53,948 nucleotides of DNA. It comes from Macrostomum lignano (lineage: Eukaryota). The notes beneath the pieces are model-generated. The model made no database searches and had not been told where the DNA came from. It saw nothing but the letters and a program-made list of their open reading frames with translations. Position 1 is the stretch's first letter. Every line of letters begins with the position of its first letter. Below, one piece after another: positions 36,001-47,499 of the stretch. The position numbers were made by a program, and so were the translations under genes. The stretch covers positions 1-53,948 of the forward strand of contig NIVC01001323.1 of assembly GCA_002269645.1 (NCBI GenBank), written 5' to 3'.

Positions 36001-38391
36001 CTGTCCTGATGCTTCAGTGCCTGCTGCTGCCCCTCCCCTGATGCTTCAGTGCCTGCTGCTGCCCCTCCCCTGATGCTTCAGTGCCTGCTGCTGCCCCTCC
36101 CCTGATGCTTCAGTGCCTGCTGCTGCCCCTCCCCTGATGCTTCAGTGCCTGCTGCTGCCCCTCCCCTGATGCTTCAGTGCCTGCTGCTGCCCCTCCCCTG
36201 ATGCTTCAGTGCCTGCTGCTGCCCCTCCCCTGATGCTTCAGTGCCTGCTGCTGCCCCTCCCCTGATGCTTCAGTGCCTGCTGCTGCCCCTCCCCTGATGC
36301 TTCAGTGCCTGCTGCTGCCCCTCCCCTGATGCTTCAGTGCCTGCTGCTGCCCCTCCCCTGATGCTTCAGTGCCTGCTGCATCTGTCCTGATGCTTCAGTG
36401 CCTGCTGCTGCCCCTCCCCTGATGCTTCAGTGCCTGCTGCTGCCCCTCCCCTGATGCTTCAGTGCCTGCTGCTGCCCCTCCCCTGATGCTTCAGTGCCTG
36501 CTGCTGCCCCTCCCCTGATGCTTCAGTGCCTGCTGCTGCCCTCCCCTGATGCTTCAGTGCCTGCTGCTGCCCCTCCCCTGATGCTTCAGTGCCTGCTGCT
36601 GCCCCTCCCCTGATGCTTCAGTGCCTGCTGCATCTGTCCTGATGCTTCAGTGCCTGCTGCTGCCCCTCCCCTGATGCTTCAGTGCCTGCTGCTGCCCCTC
36701 CCCTGATGCTTCAGTGCCTGCTGCATCTGTCCTGATGCTTCAGTGCCTGCTGCTGCCCCTCCCCTGATGCTTCAGTGCCTGCTGCTGCCCCTCCCCTGAT
36801 GCTTCAGTGCCTGCTGCATCTGTCCTGATGCTTCAGTGCCTGCTGCTGCCCCTCCCTGATGCTTCAGTGCCTGCTGCTGCCCCTCCCCTGATGCTTCAGT
36901 GCCTGCTGCATCTGTCCTGATGCTTCAGTGCCTGCTGCTGCCCCTCCCCTGATGCTTCAGTGCCTGCTGCATCTGTCCTGATGCTTCAGTGCCTGCTGCT
37001 GCCCCTCCCCTGATGCTTCAGTGCCTGCTGCCCCCCCCCCCTGATACTTCAGTGTCTACCCCAGCCAAATCCTTCAGTGACCACCCCAGTCAGATCTTCA
37101 GTGACCACCCCAGTCAGATCTTCAGTGACCACCCCAGTCAGATCTTCAGTGACCACCCCAGCCAAATCCTTCAGTGACCACCCCAGCCAAATCCTTTAGT
37201 GACCACCCCAGCCAAATCCTTTAGTGACCACCCCAGCCAAATCCTTTAGTGACCACCCCAGCCAAATCCTTCAGTGACCACCCCAGCCAAATCCTTTAGT
37301 GACCACCCCAGCCAAATCCTTCAGTGACCACCCCAGTCAGATCTTCAGTGACCACCCCAGTCAGATCTTCAGTGACCACTCCAGCCAAATCCTTCAGTGA
37401 CCACCCCAGCCAAATCCTTTAGTGACCACCCCAGCCAAATCCTTTAGTGACCACCCCAGCCAAATCCTTCAGTGACCACCCCAGCCAAATCCTTTAGTGA
37501 CCACCCCAGCCAAATCCTTTAGTGACCACCCCAGCCAAATCCTTCAGTGACCACCCCAGCCAAATCCTTTAGTGACCACCCCAGCCAAATCCTTCAGTGA
37601 CCACCCCAGCCAAATCCTTTAGTGACCACTCCAGCCAAATCCTTCAGTGACCACCCCAGCCAAATCCTTCAGTGACCACCCCAGCCAAATCCTTCAGTGA
37701 CCACCCCAGCCAAATCCTTCAGTGACCACCCCAGCCAAATCCTTCAGCGGCTACCCTAGCCAAATCCTTCAGTGACCACCCCAGCCAAATCCTTCAGTGA
37801 CCACCCCAGCCAAATCCTTCAGCGGCTACCCCAGCCAAATCCTTCAGCGGCTACCCCAGCCAAATCCTTCAGTGGCTACCCAGCCAAATCCTTCAGCGGC
37901 TACCCAAAACTTGGCAGGCAGTTTCATGCCGCTGACGCACCAGTAGCAGCTCCCGCAGCAGCGGCAGTGGCAGCAGAGGCGCCAGCAGTTGCACCAGCTT
38001 GAACCTCGGCTCCTTGCTGCACGGGCCTGCAGTCCATAACAGCCTGATAGTGGTCCAGCACTCGCCTAGTCGGCGTCCAATCAGCCAGTCCAGCCTCCCA
38101 GCGAGCCAATCGGACCCAGGCGGCCGGGCCCTCCCTGCTAGGCGGCTGCAGTGCCAGACGAATCATCTCCAACCTGTGATTGACAGCGGCTAAGCCTTCG
38201 AGCTGAGCAACTTGTGAGTAAGCATCGGACACTGGCGACACCAAACCGCCAAGGACTCGAAATCTGCCAGTTCGAGTCAGTGCATCTCTGGCTAACTCGA
38301 ACATGCGCAGGTGCATATTAGTGACGGGATTGAATGAGCCGCAAGCTACTAAAAGTACATTGTGTACAGGCAGGTCTCCGCCGCCTGTCAT
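33094..38391 (-). CDS. NMNAT: Nicotinamide mononucleotide adenylyltransferase, 375 aa, with C-terminal extension
   Basis: Exons 38391-37941 (ACGSFNPVTNMHLRMFELARD, SPVSDAY, WE...WTPTRRVL), 35876-35734 (MLLCGSDMLKSFAVPGLW), 35568-35467 (RDYGLIVI), 35396-35233 (NELSSAFVRRAL...SVRYLLP) and 33361-33094. All GT-AG, all phases match, no lesions. AATAAA at 32548-32543. Confidence 0.95.
33483..34068. repeat. Purine-rich (G/A) degenerate repeat of about 22 bp (GGAGAGGGGACAGAGAGGGAAA)
   Basis: Almost no T over about 590 bp; it is a pyrimidine tract on the NMNAT sense strand. Confidence 0.95.
34571..35197. repeat. 31-bp minisatellite (CACCTGAAGCTACATAATCTCACTACCCATT) with 186-bp higher-order period
   Basis: Variant tcattaccta recurs at 34621, 34807 and 34993. 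Confidence 0.97.
35922..37035. repeat. 32-bp minisatellite (GATGCTTCAGTGCCTGCTGCTGCCCCTCCCCT) with 29-bp variant
   Basis: About 35 units in NMNAT intron 35877-37940. Confidence 0.97.
37045..37904. repeat. 25-bp minisatellite (CTTCAGTGACCACCCCAGCCAAATC)
   Basis: About 34 units directly abutting the 32-bp array. Confidence 0.97.
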
Positions 38392-41300
38392 GCCAAGCAA
38401 TGAAAAGAAGCAACTGAAAGCAGAGAAATCATAATCAGAAATATGAAAGTTGTCAACTGCTGATGAAGCAAAAGTTGTGGCTGTTTGGCCTAATTTGATT
38501 TCAATACATTCGTATTACTAATAGTAATAGCAGATATTAGACTCTAGAGTTAAGGTTTTCATAGATATGTGAAATATGTGTAAATGCCCATGAATAGTAA
38601 AAATCAGTTAGGACTAAAAGGACTCATCACATTATGCACTAAACTTTGGTCATATGATACACTATTCACACCAATCAGTAGTATAAAGCAGTACTAAACC
38701 TTCAGATTTGCTTTGTGATAAAAGAAAAATGTATATAATAGCTTTAAATGTTTTGCCTATATGCTATATTTTCTATATACATATTTTCTAGCTATAAAAA
38801 TGATTTTAGACATTAATATTAGCTTTATAAAAAAATTTATCAAAAAATATACAATAACATTTTTAGATTTCTATAAATTGAGTATATATAACTACTGGAA
38901 ATGATCATGCCTAAAAAAGGGCCTAAGTGAAGACTAAAAGTATAAGCCAAAAATACAGGCCCATGCATTAGGCACTCAAAAAAGCATAAGAAAAGCAGTT
39001 TTCCATGTTCATTAAATATATTTTTATCTTTAATTTCAAAGTTTTTCTAATATTGTCCAATTGATATTTTTCTTTTATACTATTAAAACAAATAGATTTA
39101 CTTCAAGACTAACAATTATGTTTGAAGTTTTCAGTTGAATTTTAAAAGCCTTAGCCTCAAATATATACAACTTTTTGCCTAGGCAGATAGCAATAGCCTG
39201 TTATGTATAGACATTTTTTCAAAAGCATTTTTATCAATAGTTGTTTTGTTAAACAATGGAAATTAAATACCTATAGGATTGAAAATTTAAATTAATTTCT
39301 TGGTTAGAAAATTTGTACCTTGCTAAGAGGCCTAAGTCAAAATGTATTAGAAAGGAACTTTATTTATTGTTTATACTAGATATTTCTAAGTAGGCCTAAG
39401 AACTTTAGTAAAACCAATGAACAAGCAATCAAAAAAGCAAAAAATTACAAGTGGTATACTTTGAACTAAAAATGATAAAGAAAAACAAGAAATATTTTTT
39501 AAATTTATATTCTCTGAGGATAAGAAAAACTTTAAAAATAGTTACATTAAGAATCTAGCAAAAATATGCCAAAATGTTATTCTTAAAAGATATATAGGCT
39601 ACATCAAGGGGTTATGCCTAGGGTTGAAGCCACACTCTGGAAAATGTAGTATATACCAAAAAAATTGGGTGTGCATTGGCCTTGCACATAAAAAGTAGGC
39701 ATGCACAATTGGCATGCATTATACACATAAAATAGTATATGTGAACACCTGGCATACACTTTATAGAATTTTAGCAGTCGAGATATCATGATTGACTGAG
39801 AAAATTATTATTTTAATAACATTTAGTTGCATGCGAAATAATTTTTAACAGTTCCCATCTGCTGATTTTTCACCTCTTCCTATCCATCAACTGTTCAACC
39901 CCCATTTTGTCCTTTCTTTGATTTTTTGTAGTCCCTCTTGTGAATTTTGTTATTCCGCAAGATGTCATAACATATTTGAGCCTGGCCCAGATGTTTTTTT
40001 CTGCCCACCAGCCTGTCCAACCCCTGTCTCCACTGTTTGTCCGCGTTTTCTGATGTATTTAGCAGTTGTCCCGAGCCCTGTTTTCCTCATTGCTTTTACC
40101 TCCTTCTCAGTTTCTATTCCACTCTTGTTGTTTATTTTCCCTTGCCTTCTACCTGTTTAGTAATTTGCATATTAATTAATTAATCAGTCTTTTTTAAGCT
40201 CTTAACTTACTAGTTAAACTACCTTTAATTCAGCACCCTGGTGCCGCCAGCGTCTCATACTTGTCAAAAAGTTAATTTTCAGCCTGCTAATATTAAATTA
40301 ATTAATAGTAAACTGATCTGCAATAATAATAATAGTTAATAAGTTCCATATTCATTAATTATTTGTTGACATTAAGCCATAGCCTTTCATAAGTCATTTG
40401 CCTGCAGGGCGTAAAATAACCAAGTTTTCTCAGCTCAAAGAAGCCCAGAGACTTAATTTTTCTGTAATACGTAAATTACGGTGGTAGCAGCTCTACCCTA
40501 CAGAAAGTAACAAGCTTAGCAACTTGACACAATGATTTTGGGGTCTAAATCTCTGGTATTACAATGTCTGAATGACTGCACCATTAATGACTGCTTTGCT
40601 ACAATTACGACTACCCTCCTCCTGGACTTGAGAACCCGGCTATTGGAGTAAAGTAGGAGAAAGAAAATTTTTGTTGTGATTTGTCAGCCATTTTTTTGGA
40701 TTCATTTGTGCGAACTCAACGAAGGCAGCAATTCAACCATGCAATCTGCACTAGCTAACTGGTGTCAGCAAGTAATTCAAACAACCAATTTCCAAGAAAA
40801 TTTTCTCTGCCCTACCTCAGAATCACCCAGAAAAGTTTTTGTGAAGTAGAAAAAGATGAAAAAAGTTCATTTTAAGCATAGCCATAAATTTCAAGCTTTT
40901 TGGATTTTTTAAGCTCATAACAAAGTAGTGTTTTGTCATAGCCATAGCTATGGCTATGGGATCAGCAGGTAGAGTAAAACAAATATACTTTTAGTAAACT
41001 GTATTATCAACCTAGAAACTTATAAAATATACCTAAAAAAGTACAATAAAACACTAGCAAACTCTAATTTTTATTAATGTGAAAAAGTTTAGCATTAGTA
41101 CTTTCAGTAACGATTAAGTATTTTTGCTATGAAAAAAGACAAAATATAATCTTACAAAGGCAATTGAGTGTTTCTTTTATTTTCTAATTTAATTTGCAGT
41201 TGTTTAAGCATTAGGTTATCTTCTTGATTCAAAATATTTTATTTTTTAGACTTTTTGTTAAAACTATGGCTACGGCTATAGGAACTATGGGAATATGATA

Positions 41301-41597
41301 ATTTTGGGGTCCCTATGGCTATGGAATATGAAGAATTGGAATAAGCCATAGTTTTGCTTATGGCTACGGCTACAGTACATGGACCCTCCTTATGGCAGAA
41401 CACTATAACAAAGCATTTAAATGAATTTTTGCATGTATCAATTTTGTACCAAGTTAATAATATTTCCAAAAAAGCAGAACAATTAACCAAATTATCTGCC
41501 AAAAAGGGTCCATTATACAAGTTTAAAAAGGTCATTTTGTTTTCTATTTGATGAAATGATAAAATCATAGGCCTATTATAATTGACAAAAAATGCTT

Positions 41598-41958
41598 CTT
41601 TTTTTATTAGAGACAGGGGGGTTGTGTGCACCTTGGCGCAATTTAAGCGTCATTGGCACATAACCGGCGAGAGGCATTTCTACCCATTCCACCAACTCCC
41701 CTGAGCAGGCATACAAGCACGCGGATACATTACGCAGGCACACACTCACACAGGAGTGTACAGCGGCCCTAACTTTATCAATTGTTAGGCATGTACACTT
41801 CACTGCGCCTTAGGGGGTTGGCTCTCAAGGCCGTTAATTGCACAAGCGAGCCAAGCCAAGATTCCAATCCAGCCCCAAATTAATGTGGCTGCACTTGGAA
41901 TCGAGCCTGGGTTGCGGCACACCAGAGCAGCTGCGCTACCGCTGGGCTACGGCCCCCC
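41598..41958 (-). mobile_element. Full-length tRNA-derived SINE (361 bp) with target-site duplication
   Basis: 5' GGGGGGCCGTAGCCCAGCGG (A box, 41949-41939), GGCTCGATTCC (B box, 41907-41897) and A-rich tail TAATAAAAAAAG. TSD ttgacaaaaa(a)tgctt at 41582-41597 and 41959-41973. Confidence 0.92.
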
Positions 41959-42779
41959 TTGACAAAAATGCTTAATGAAAAGGTTGTTAAAAAATATAGT
42001 CTTAGACCTAGTAGAATACAGCCTGAACAGTAGGCCTATAAAAGAATAGACAGTAAAACTAGAATTAGATAGATGCAAGTAATATAGTTTTTCATGTAGT
42101 TAGGCCTAGCTAAACTGTCAAATTGTTTCAGTTTCTCAGCTATATATATATATATATGGCATATCATCCATGGTACACACGTCAGTACCAGTAACCTTCT
42201 AGAGTGTAGCATAGGCCTACTATACTAGATGTAGTGATGTAGGAGTAGCCGAGTAGGAGTAGAACCTATCACAGTATACTGAATAATATATCTTAATCTT
42301 TACCAACTAAAAAGAAAATTTGTTGTAACAAAACTTCTAGTTTTAACTTAGCTAGGCAGGCCTAGCAATCTAGCATGGCATATGTTAGGCTGTTAGCTAG
42401 GGCTAGGGGCCCTGTAATTGCAACAGTGATCCATTAATAGCAAGCGGTTTAAACAGGTACATAGTTTACGTCACGGTGCTTGTGGTCCTCCTGTGCGTTT
42501 AAGCTAGCTGGGATATTTTTATTGTAGTAATAGGAATGATGACCGTCTCATAGGAATGAGATCTGCTAGCGTAACTAAAAATAAGTAAGCTCAGAGTTTT
42601 AAATCTGACGCATTATAAACAAGTCGTGTTTTAACAAAAAATGCGAGTACCTCGAATTTGAGACACAAAGTTTTAGCATAAAAAGTTAAGGTTTTATATA
42701 AATAAGTGTGAAAAATAGTAATCATGCAACACACAAAAAATATTTTGAAAATGCTGGCACGGTACGTATCAATCAGCTT

Positions 42780-42960
42780 AGTTGTGTTGTGGCCGGGCGT
42801 CTCCACATTGTGTTTTCCGTTCTGTTTTGGCGCGCATTTGGCGCCATTTTTCGCCCCATTTTCCTTTTCGGTGCTCTTTGCGGGCCCAGTGCCCTAGCTC
42901 TTCTGAATAGTTCTCCCTTTTCTCGTTCCGGCCCTGTTGCAAATTTCTTATTTTAATTAC
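42780..42960 (-). promoter_or_regulatory. Candidate NMNAT transcription start / non-coding first exon
   Basis: GC/CpG-richer island in AT-rich DNA with AAAATGGCGC (YY1-like) at 42850-42841. The NMNAT ATG exon is preceded by an acceptor (ctttcag, about 38417), implying an upstream exon. No clear donor found. Confidence 0.25.
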
Positions 42961-44560
42961 ATATACGTATATACGCTAGGGTACGTTACATTAGAGCAAA
43001 TCAAACAAACAAAAACAGGCATTTCATATTCGAATAGATGCGTCAGCATTTAATCAGCTTCCTGTAAAAAAACTATGCTAAATCGGCGCGCCCTAGCTAC
43101 GATGTATATAGACACCGCAACTCCGTCCCCTCGTTCGTGATATGATGTACGTACGTGCATGTGGCACGCTTATTACCCGATGCCTTATTTTTTAACGATT
43201 TTTTTAAACTTATTTTTAACGATCTTTTGGGCCGTTGTCTTTGTTGTTGTTTTTGTTGTGACGCATATACACATGACATATATGCATGTAAATTGCATTT
43301 GTGCAACAGATACAATGTAGCTCACATTCGGACGGTACGTAGAAAATAAACATTTATTTCTTATCTCAACAACTTTGTTTTGAAAATTCCTGTAGGAAAT
43401 TAGACATATAATGTACATATAAATAAAATATGTACTTAATGTACGGTACACAAATTAACGTCGTTGTTAATACAAAATTAGAAATTGCATGGGATATATA
43501 GCTAGAGGAGCAATTCTGTCAATTCATTCTTATTTGATGCGTTAGCCATTTTTTCGAAATTTACAAGAAGCTGTACAGTAATAATCTCTCTCGTACATGT
43601 ACATCCCGTACATCAATTTTAGAACGTCGGTGACGTCGTCCAACGTTTCTTGGACATCAATCGACGACGCTGACAAATATTGTTTTTTACATTTGCACCG
43701 TCAAAATTCGAGTCGAGTTAATGTATGACATGATCGACGTACGTCTTTATCCTTCTTGATATACACATAATAACATGTACATGAACGTGTAAAGCGCTTG
43801 TTTGTCAGCCGGAACTGGCCTTAGCCTGTTAAATTTGAATGGGTACATGTGCATGTATAATAAAAGAAGATAATAAAGAATCAAATTGAAGCAAATATTA
43901 GAAATTGATAGGCTTGACTCCGAAACGGCTATATATTTAGTCATTATAGAATATTAGGCATAAGGTAGACCATATAGTAGTGTAGTAGATACGCTCGTAT
44001 TTTACTGAGTTGAATATACGAGAAACAAAATAGAAGAAAAGGAACGCGATAGATCCAAAATAAAATCGACGAAGATTTAATATACAATGCACGTGCAGCG
44101 GATTAATTATCTGGATAAATATTTTTACGCCGAAAAAAACAAAATTGAGGAAAACAACAAGAACTTGATAAAAATTTTACAACAAACTAAAAACGATGAA
44201 AAATGTTTCGCTGGATAAATATCGGGATAGCTAAAAATATCTTTCATAAGTATTAAAGATTTCCTTAAAACAAATTTAAAAAACAATTATAACACTTAAT
44301 TTCTTTCATTAAATATCAGCTTGATATATAGATTTTAAGAAGCCTTCACAGATTTGGAACAATATTAATGATAATAAAGCTAAGATTACTGGCTTCACAG
44401 CATCATCCACAGAATCATCCTCAATTCTATCGTATATATCATCAAAAGGCGCAACTTATTGAAACGTAGCATCTAAAAAACCTTTTCTCACAGTACTGAC
44501 ATGTCAACTTCCAGTCAAAAGAATCTTAGTTATTTTATGTGTTGTTTAAAAACTAAAAAG

Positions 44561-45322
44561 TCAGTACACGCTAAACTTGACCCAGTCGGCGCTCGTCTCG
44601 ATCTCCTCCTCCACCTGAGTGTCGGTGAACAATAGTAGGCGGCAAATTCTTAGCTTGCTGTTGTACAGCACGTGTCGGCAATTACCAGATTTCATAGCGT
44701 TTGCTACACATTCGAGTCGGGATATCTGATGTTGATCGGTGAAGCAGTACTGCGTATTGGGATTGTAGTTCTTACGCTTGAACGGAGTTCGCTTCCGTGG
44801 CGGTTTTGGCGGTTTTAGAGTCGGCGGCGGTGGTTTTTTGCACAAATTCGCAGGCGTATCCCTTCTTACTTAGGCAATCATTGTCAGCCAGTTTTCCTGG
44901 ATTTCTATGAGACGCACTTATGAGGCAGTGATGATCAGCATTGTTCGGTTCACTTGAAGAACTCCACAGCGAACTGTCCGAAGGCACTTTACCGTAATCA
45001 TTGATGCGCTGCCAACCAGTCTTGCCCAGGCCCCGCCAATCAGCCAAGTCAGTAATTCCAAGCCAAAGCCTGCAACTGCAATGGATACTTGACATGTCAG
45101 GTAGCAGCTGCAGCGTGTCGTACGAGTTAATGAGCTCGCCGCCGATCGCGTTGCACTTGTGATTTGCTTCGCACCAGTTGTGGCTTTGAGGTGTGCTCAC
45201 AAAATGCATTTACCAGACTCCAGCTTTTAAGGACTCGGACAATCGGCCTCAGCCAGTAGTGATGGTAAAATCTGGCAGAATATCAACGACACAAGCCAAA
45301 CAGATGGAATTGCAGAAGCCAT
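44561..45322 (-). pseudogene. Intronless secreted C-type lectin plus PAN/apple-like domain protein, disrupted
   Basis: Signal peptide MASAIPSVWLVSLIFCQILPSLLAEA, then CPSP*KLESGKCI, NWCEANHKC..GGEL, LWLGITD, EPNN...C...LADNDC..KKGYACE, then a Cys-spaced tail (LECVANAMKSGNCRHVLYNSKLRICRL). Stop at 45229-45227; frameshifts at 45201-45204 and within 44772-44845. Confidence 0.8.
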
Positions 45323-45631
45323 CGCTAAGACAGAAAGCTTAAGAAAAGCGGAGCTCAAACTATGCTTTTCTCTTTCATTTATGCCAGTTAGACTAAAGAC
45401 ATGGTTGCCAAGGGAAAAGTTTCTTCCCGGCCTTACTGTTATTGTCTTTTCACTTCCTTTTTCGAATCCATGTAGTTTCATTGTCTCTGTTGTATAGACA
45501 TTGTTTTAAGACACAGGAAATTGAGGCCAAGTCAAGGAAAGCTAAAGATTTAGCGATAGAATCTGGCATTGGCTGCAAGCTACCTTGACCACAGTTTCAT
45601 ATTTTTGCAGTCATGCAGCCGTCGGGAGTAC

Positions 45632-46592
45632 GACGTTTGCTTGCGGGAAGTTTGCTTGCCGAACTTTGCTTGCAGGAAATTTGCTTGCCGAACTTTGCTT
45701 GCCGAGCTTTGCTTGTGGAATTTTGCTTGCCGAACTTCGCTTGCCGAACTTTGGGTATCCGAGCGTTGGGTATCCTTACGAGTCATGATATGTAGCAATT
45801 CACAGATTGGTGGTACATTCATTTCCAAAAAATATATTCTGTACAGTTCGCTGCTTAAATCATTCGATATGTGTATTGTTCGAAATTGTGTCCAATTTTT
45901 TGTTGAAAATATATTCACAGTAAAAAACTATATTATTCTATTTCCGCGTTAGGGCTTTTCAACCCCGCCATATCCTCATACAAAATCATAACACTATAGG
46001 CGACTTCCACGAATCTTAGAAAATGAAAATTAGCAATACACACAAGAGCTCAAAAATAGGTTTTTTAAGGTTCCACAAGAAAACTTTGGCTGGCAAACCT
46101 CGGCAAGCTGAATTTGGCAAGCAAAATTCCGCAAGCAAAGTTCGGCAAGCAAAGTTCGGCAAGCAAAGTTCGGCAAGCAAAATTTGGCAAGCAAAGTTCG
46201 GCAAGCAAAATTTGGCAAGCAGACTTCGGCAAGCAAAATTCCGCAAGCAAAGTTCGGCAAGCAAAGTTCGGCAAGCAAAGTTCGGCAAGCAAAATTTGGC
46301 AAGCAAAGTTCGGCAAGCAAAATTTGGCAAGCAGACTTCGGCAAGCAAAATTCCGCAAGCAAAGTTCGGCAAGCAAAGTTCGGCAAGCAAAGTTCGGCAA
46401 GCAAAATTTGGCAAGCAAAGTTCGGCAAGCAAAATTTGGCAAGCAGACTTCGGCAAGCAAAATTCCGCAAGCAAAGTTCGGCAAGCAAAGTTCGGCAAGC
46501 AAAGTTCGGCAAGCAGACTTCGGCAAGCAAAATTTGGCAAGCAGACTTCGGCAAGCAAATTTCCGCAAACAAAAGTCCCGCAAGCAAACGTC
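45632..46592. mobile_element. Foldback-type element with inverted arrays of a 14-bp unit
   Basis: Ends gacgtttgcttgcggga / tcccgcaagcaaacgtc. Left arm about 9 x TTTGCTTGCCGAAC (45632-45753); right arm about 36 x GCAAGCAAAGTTCG (46083-46592); about 330 bp unique AT-rich core; no ORF. Confidence 0.8.
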
Positions 46593-47289
46593 TCTGCAGG
46601 ACTGCTTTATATTTAGCCATTAGCCATTTCGAATATATTGATGACTGACTTTTGACAAAACTGGTTGATAAAGAATGAGCTCCCAGTTCGGGAGGCAACA
46701 AAGAAAGGAAGAAAAAGTTTTCAATAACTAAATGTAGCTTTTGACCTCGTAAAGAAACTATTGTTAGTTATTTAAGGAAAAAGATATGATATCAGCATCC
46801 CCTCTGGGCTTTGGCTCACAGCATCTGAGCAACCCCAATGAGCCACAGCATTTCAGGAACACTCCCCACCATGAGCCGTGACATCTCAGCAAATGTAGTA
46901 CGAGATTCAAGGAGGAGCTCATCATTTAGAAATCCAGATTCTAAATTTGTTAGTACTCTTTAACCAAGAATGATCGATTATTTCCTTTCCTCAGAGCAAA
47001 GAGCTAGGAGGGAGGCTCTAAGACAACACAATCCTCGAGTGAGGGAACAGGTGACGAAGCAAATTCAGTTGGTATTGATCAATGATTTTTCTTGTCGCAG
47101 GCGCGCAAAGCGGAAGACCAGGATGCGTGAGTCGCTTCATTTCGCTTCTCTCCTCGGGAGGAGTGGGAGCAGTTTCTAGAAAAATTCCTAGAACTCCTAT
47201 AGTCTTGCATTTAATGCTGAATGTAGTTGAATATCTCTATTGCTTTGTTTGTAAAAGCTGCTATTTTAACTTATAAATAAGTTAAATTT

Positions 47290-47499
47290 GCCGAGATTTC
47301 CCGGCCGAGATTTCCCGCCGAGATTTCCCGGCCGAGATTTATGGCTGGACTAGATTAGAACTAGCCTAGACTAGGCTAGGCTATGCTAGAGTAGACAAAA
47401 CTAGACTAGATTTCAAATCCGATGGATTTGACTTTAAATTCCGACAGGAAAAATCCCTGCGGGAAAACCTCGGCGGGAAAACCTCGGCGGGAAATTCTC
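47290..47499. repeat. Miniature foldback with inverted 13-14 bp subrepeats
   Basis: 4 x GCCGAGATTTCCC(G) facing about 3 x GGGAAAACCTCGGC, with a CTAG-rich spacer. Confidence 0.7.

Noticed and set aside
11333-37904. Arrays of 21-32 bp units resembling CRISPR repeat lengths
   Set aside because: Units are directly adjacent with no unique spacers, there are no cas genes, and the context is eukaryotic introns.
40375-41400. Scattered CTATGGCTA / TAGCCATAG motifs hinting at an inverted element
   Set aside because: I could not define matching termini or an extended inverted alignment.
41880-41958. tRNA gene
   Set aside because: A and B boxes are present, but they continue into a SINE body with tail and TSD, and no full cloverleaf is evident.
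45569-46701. Many overlapping ORFs (LLAELCLPNFAC / KQSSASKVRQAK repeats)
   Set aside because: Products of the stop-free 14-bp array on both strands.
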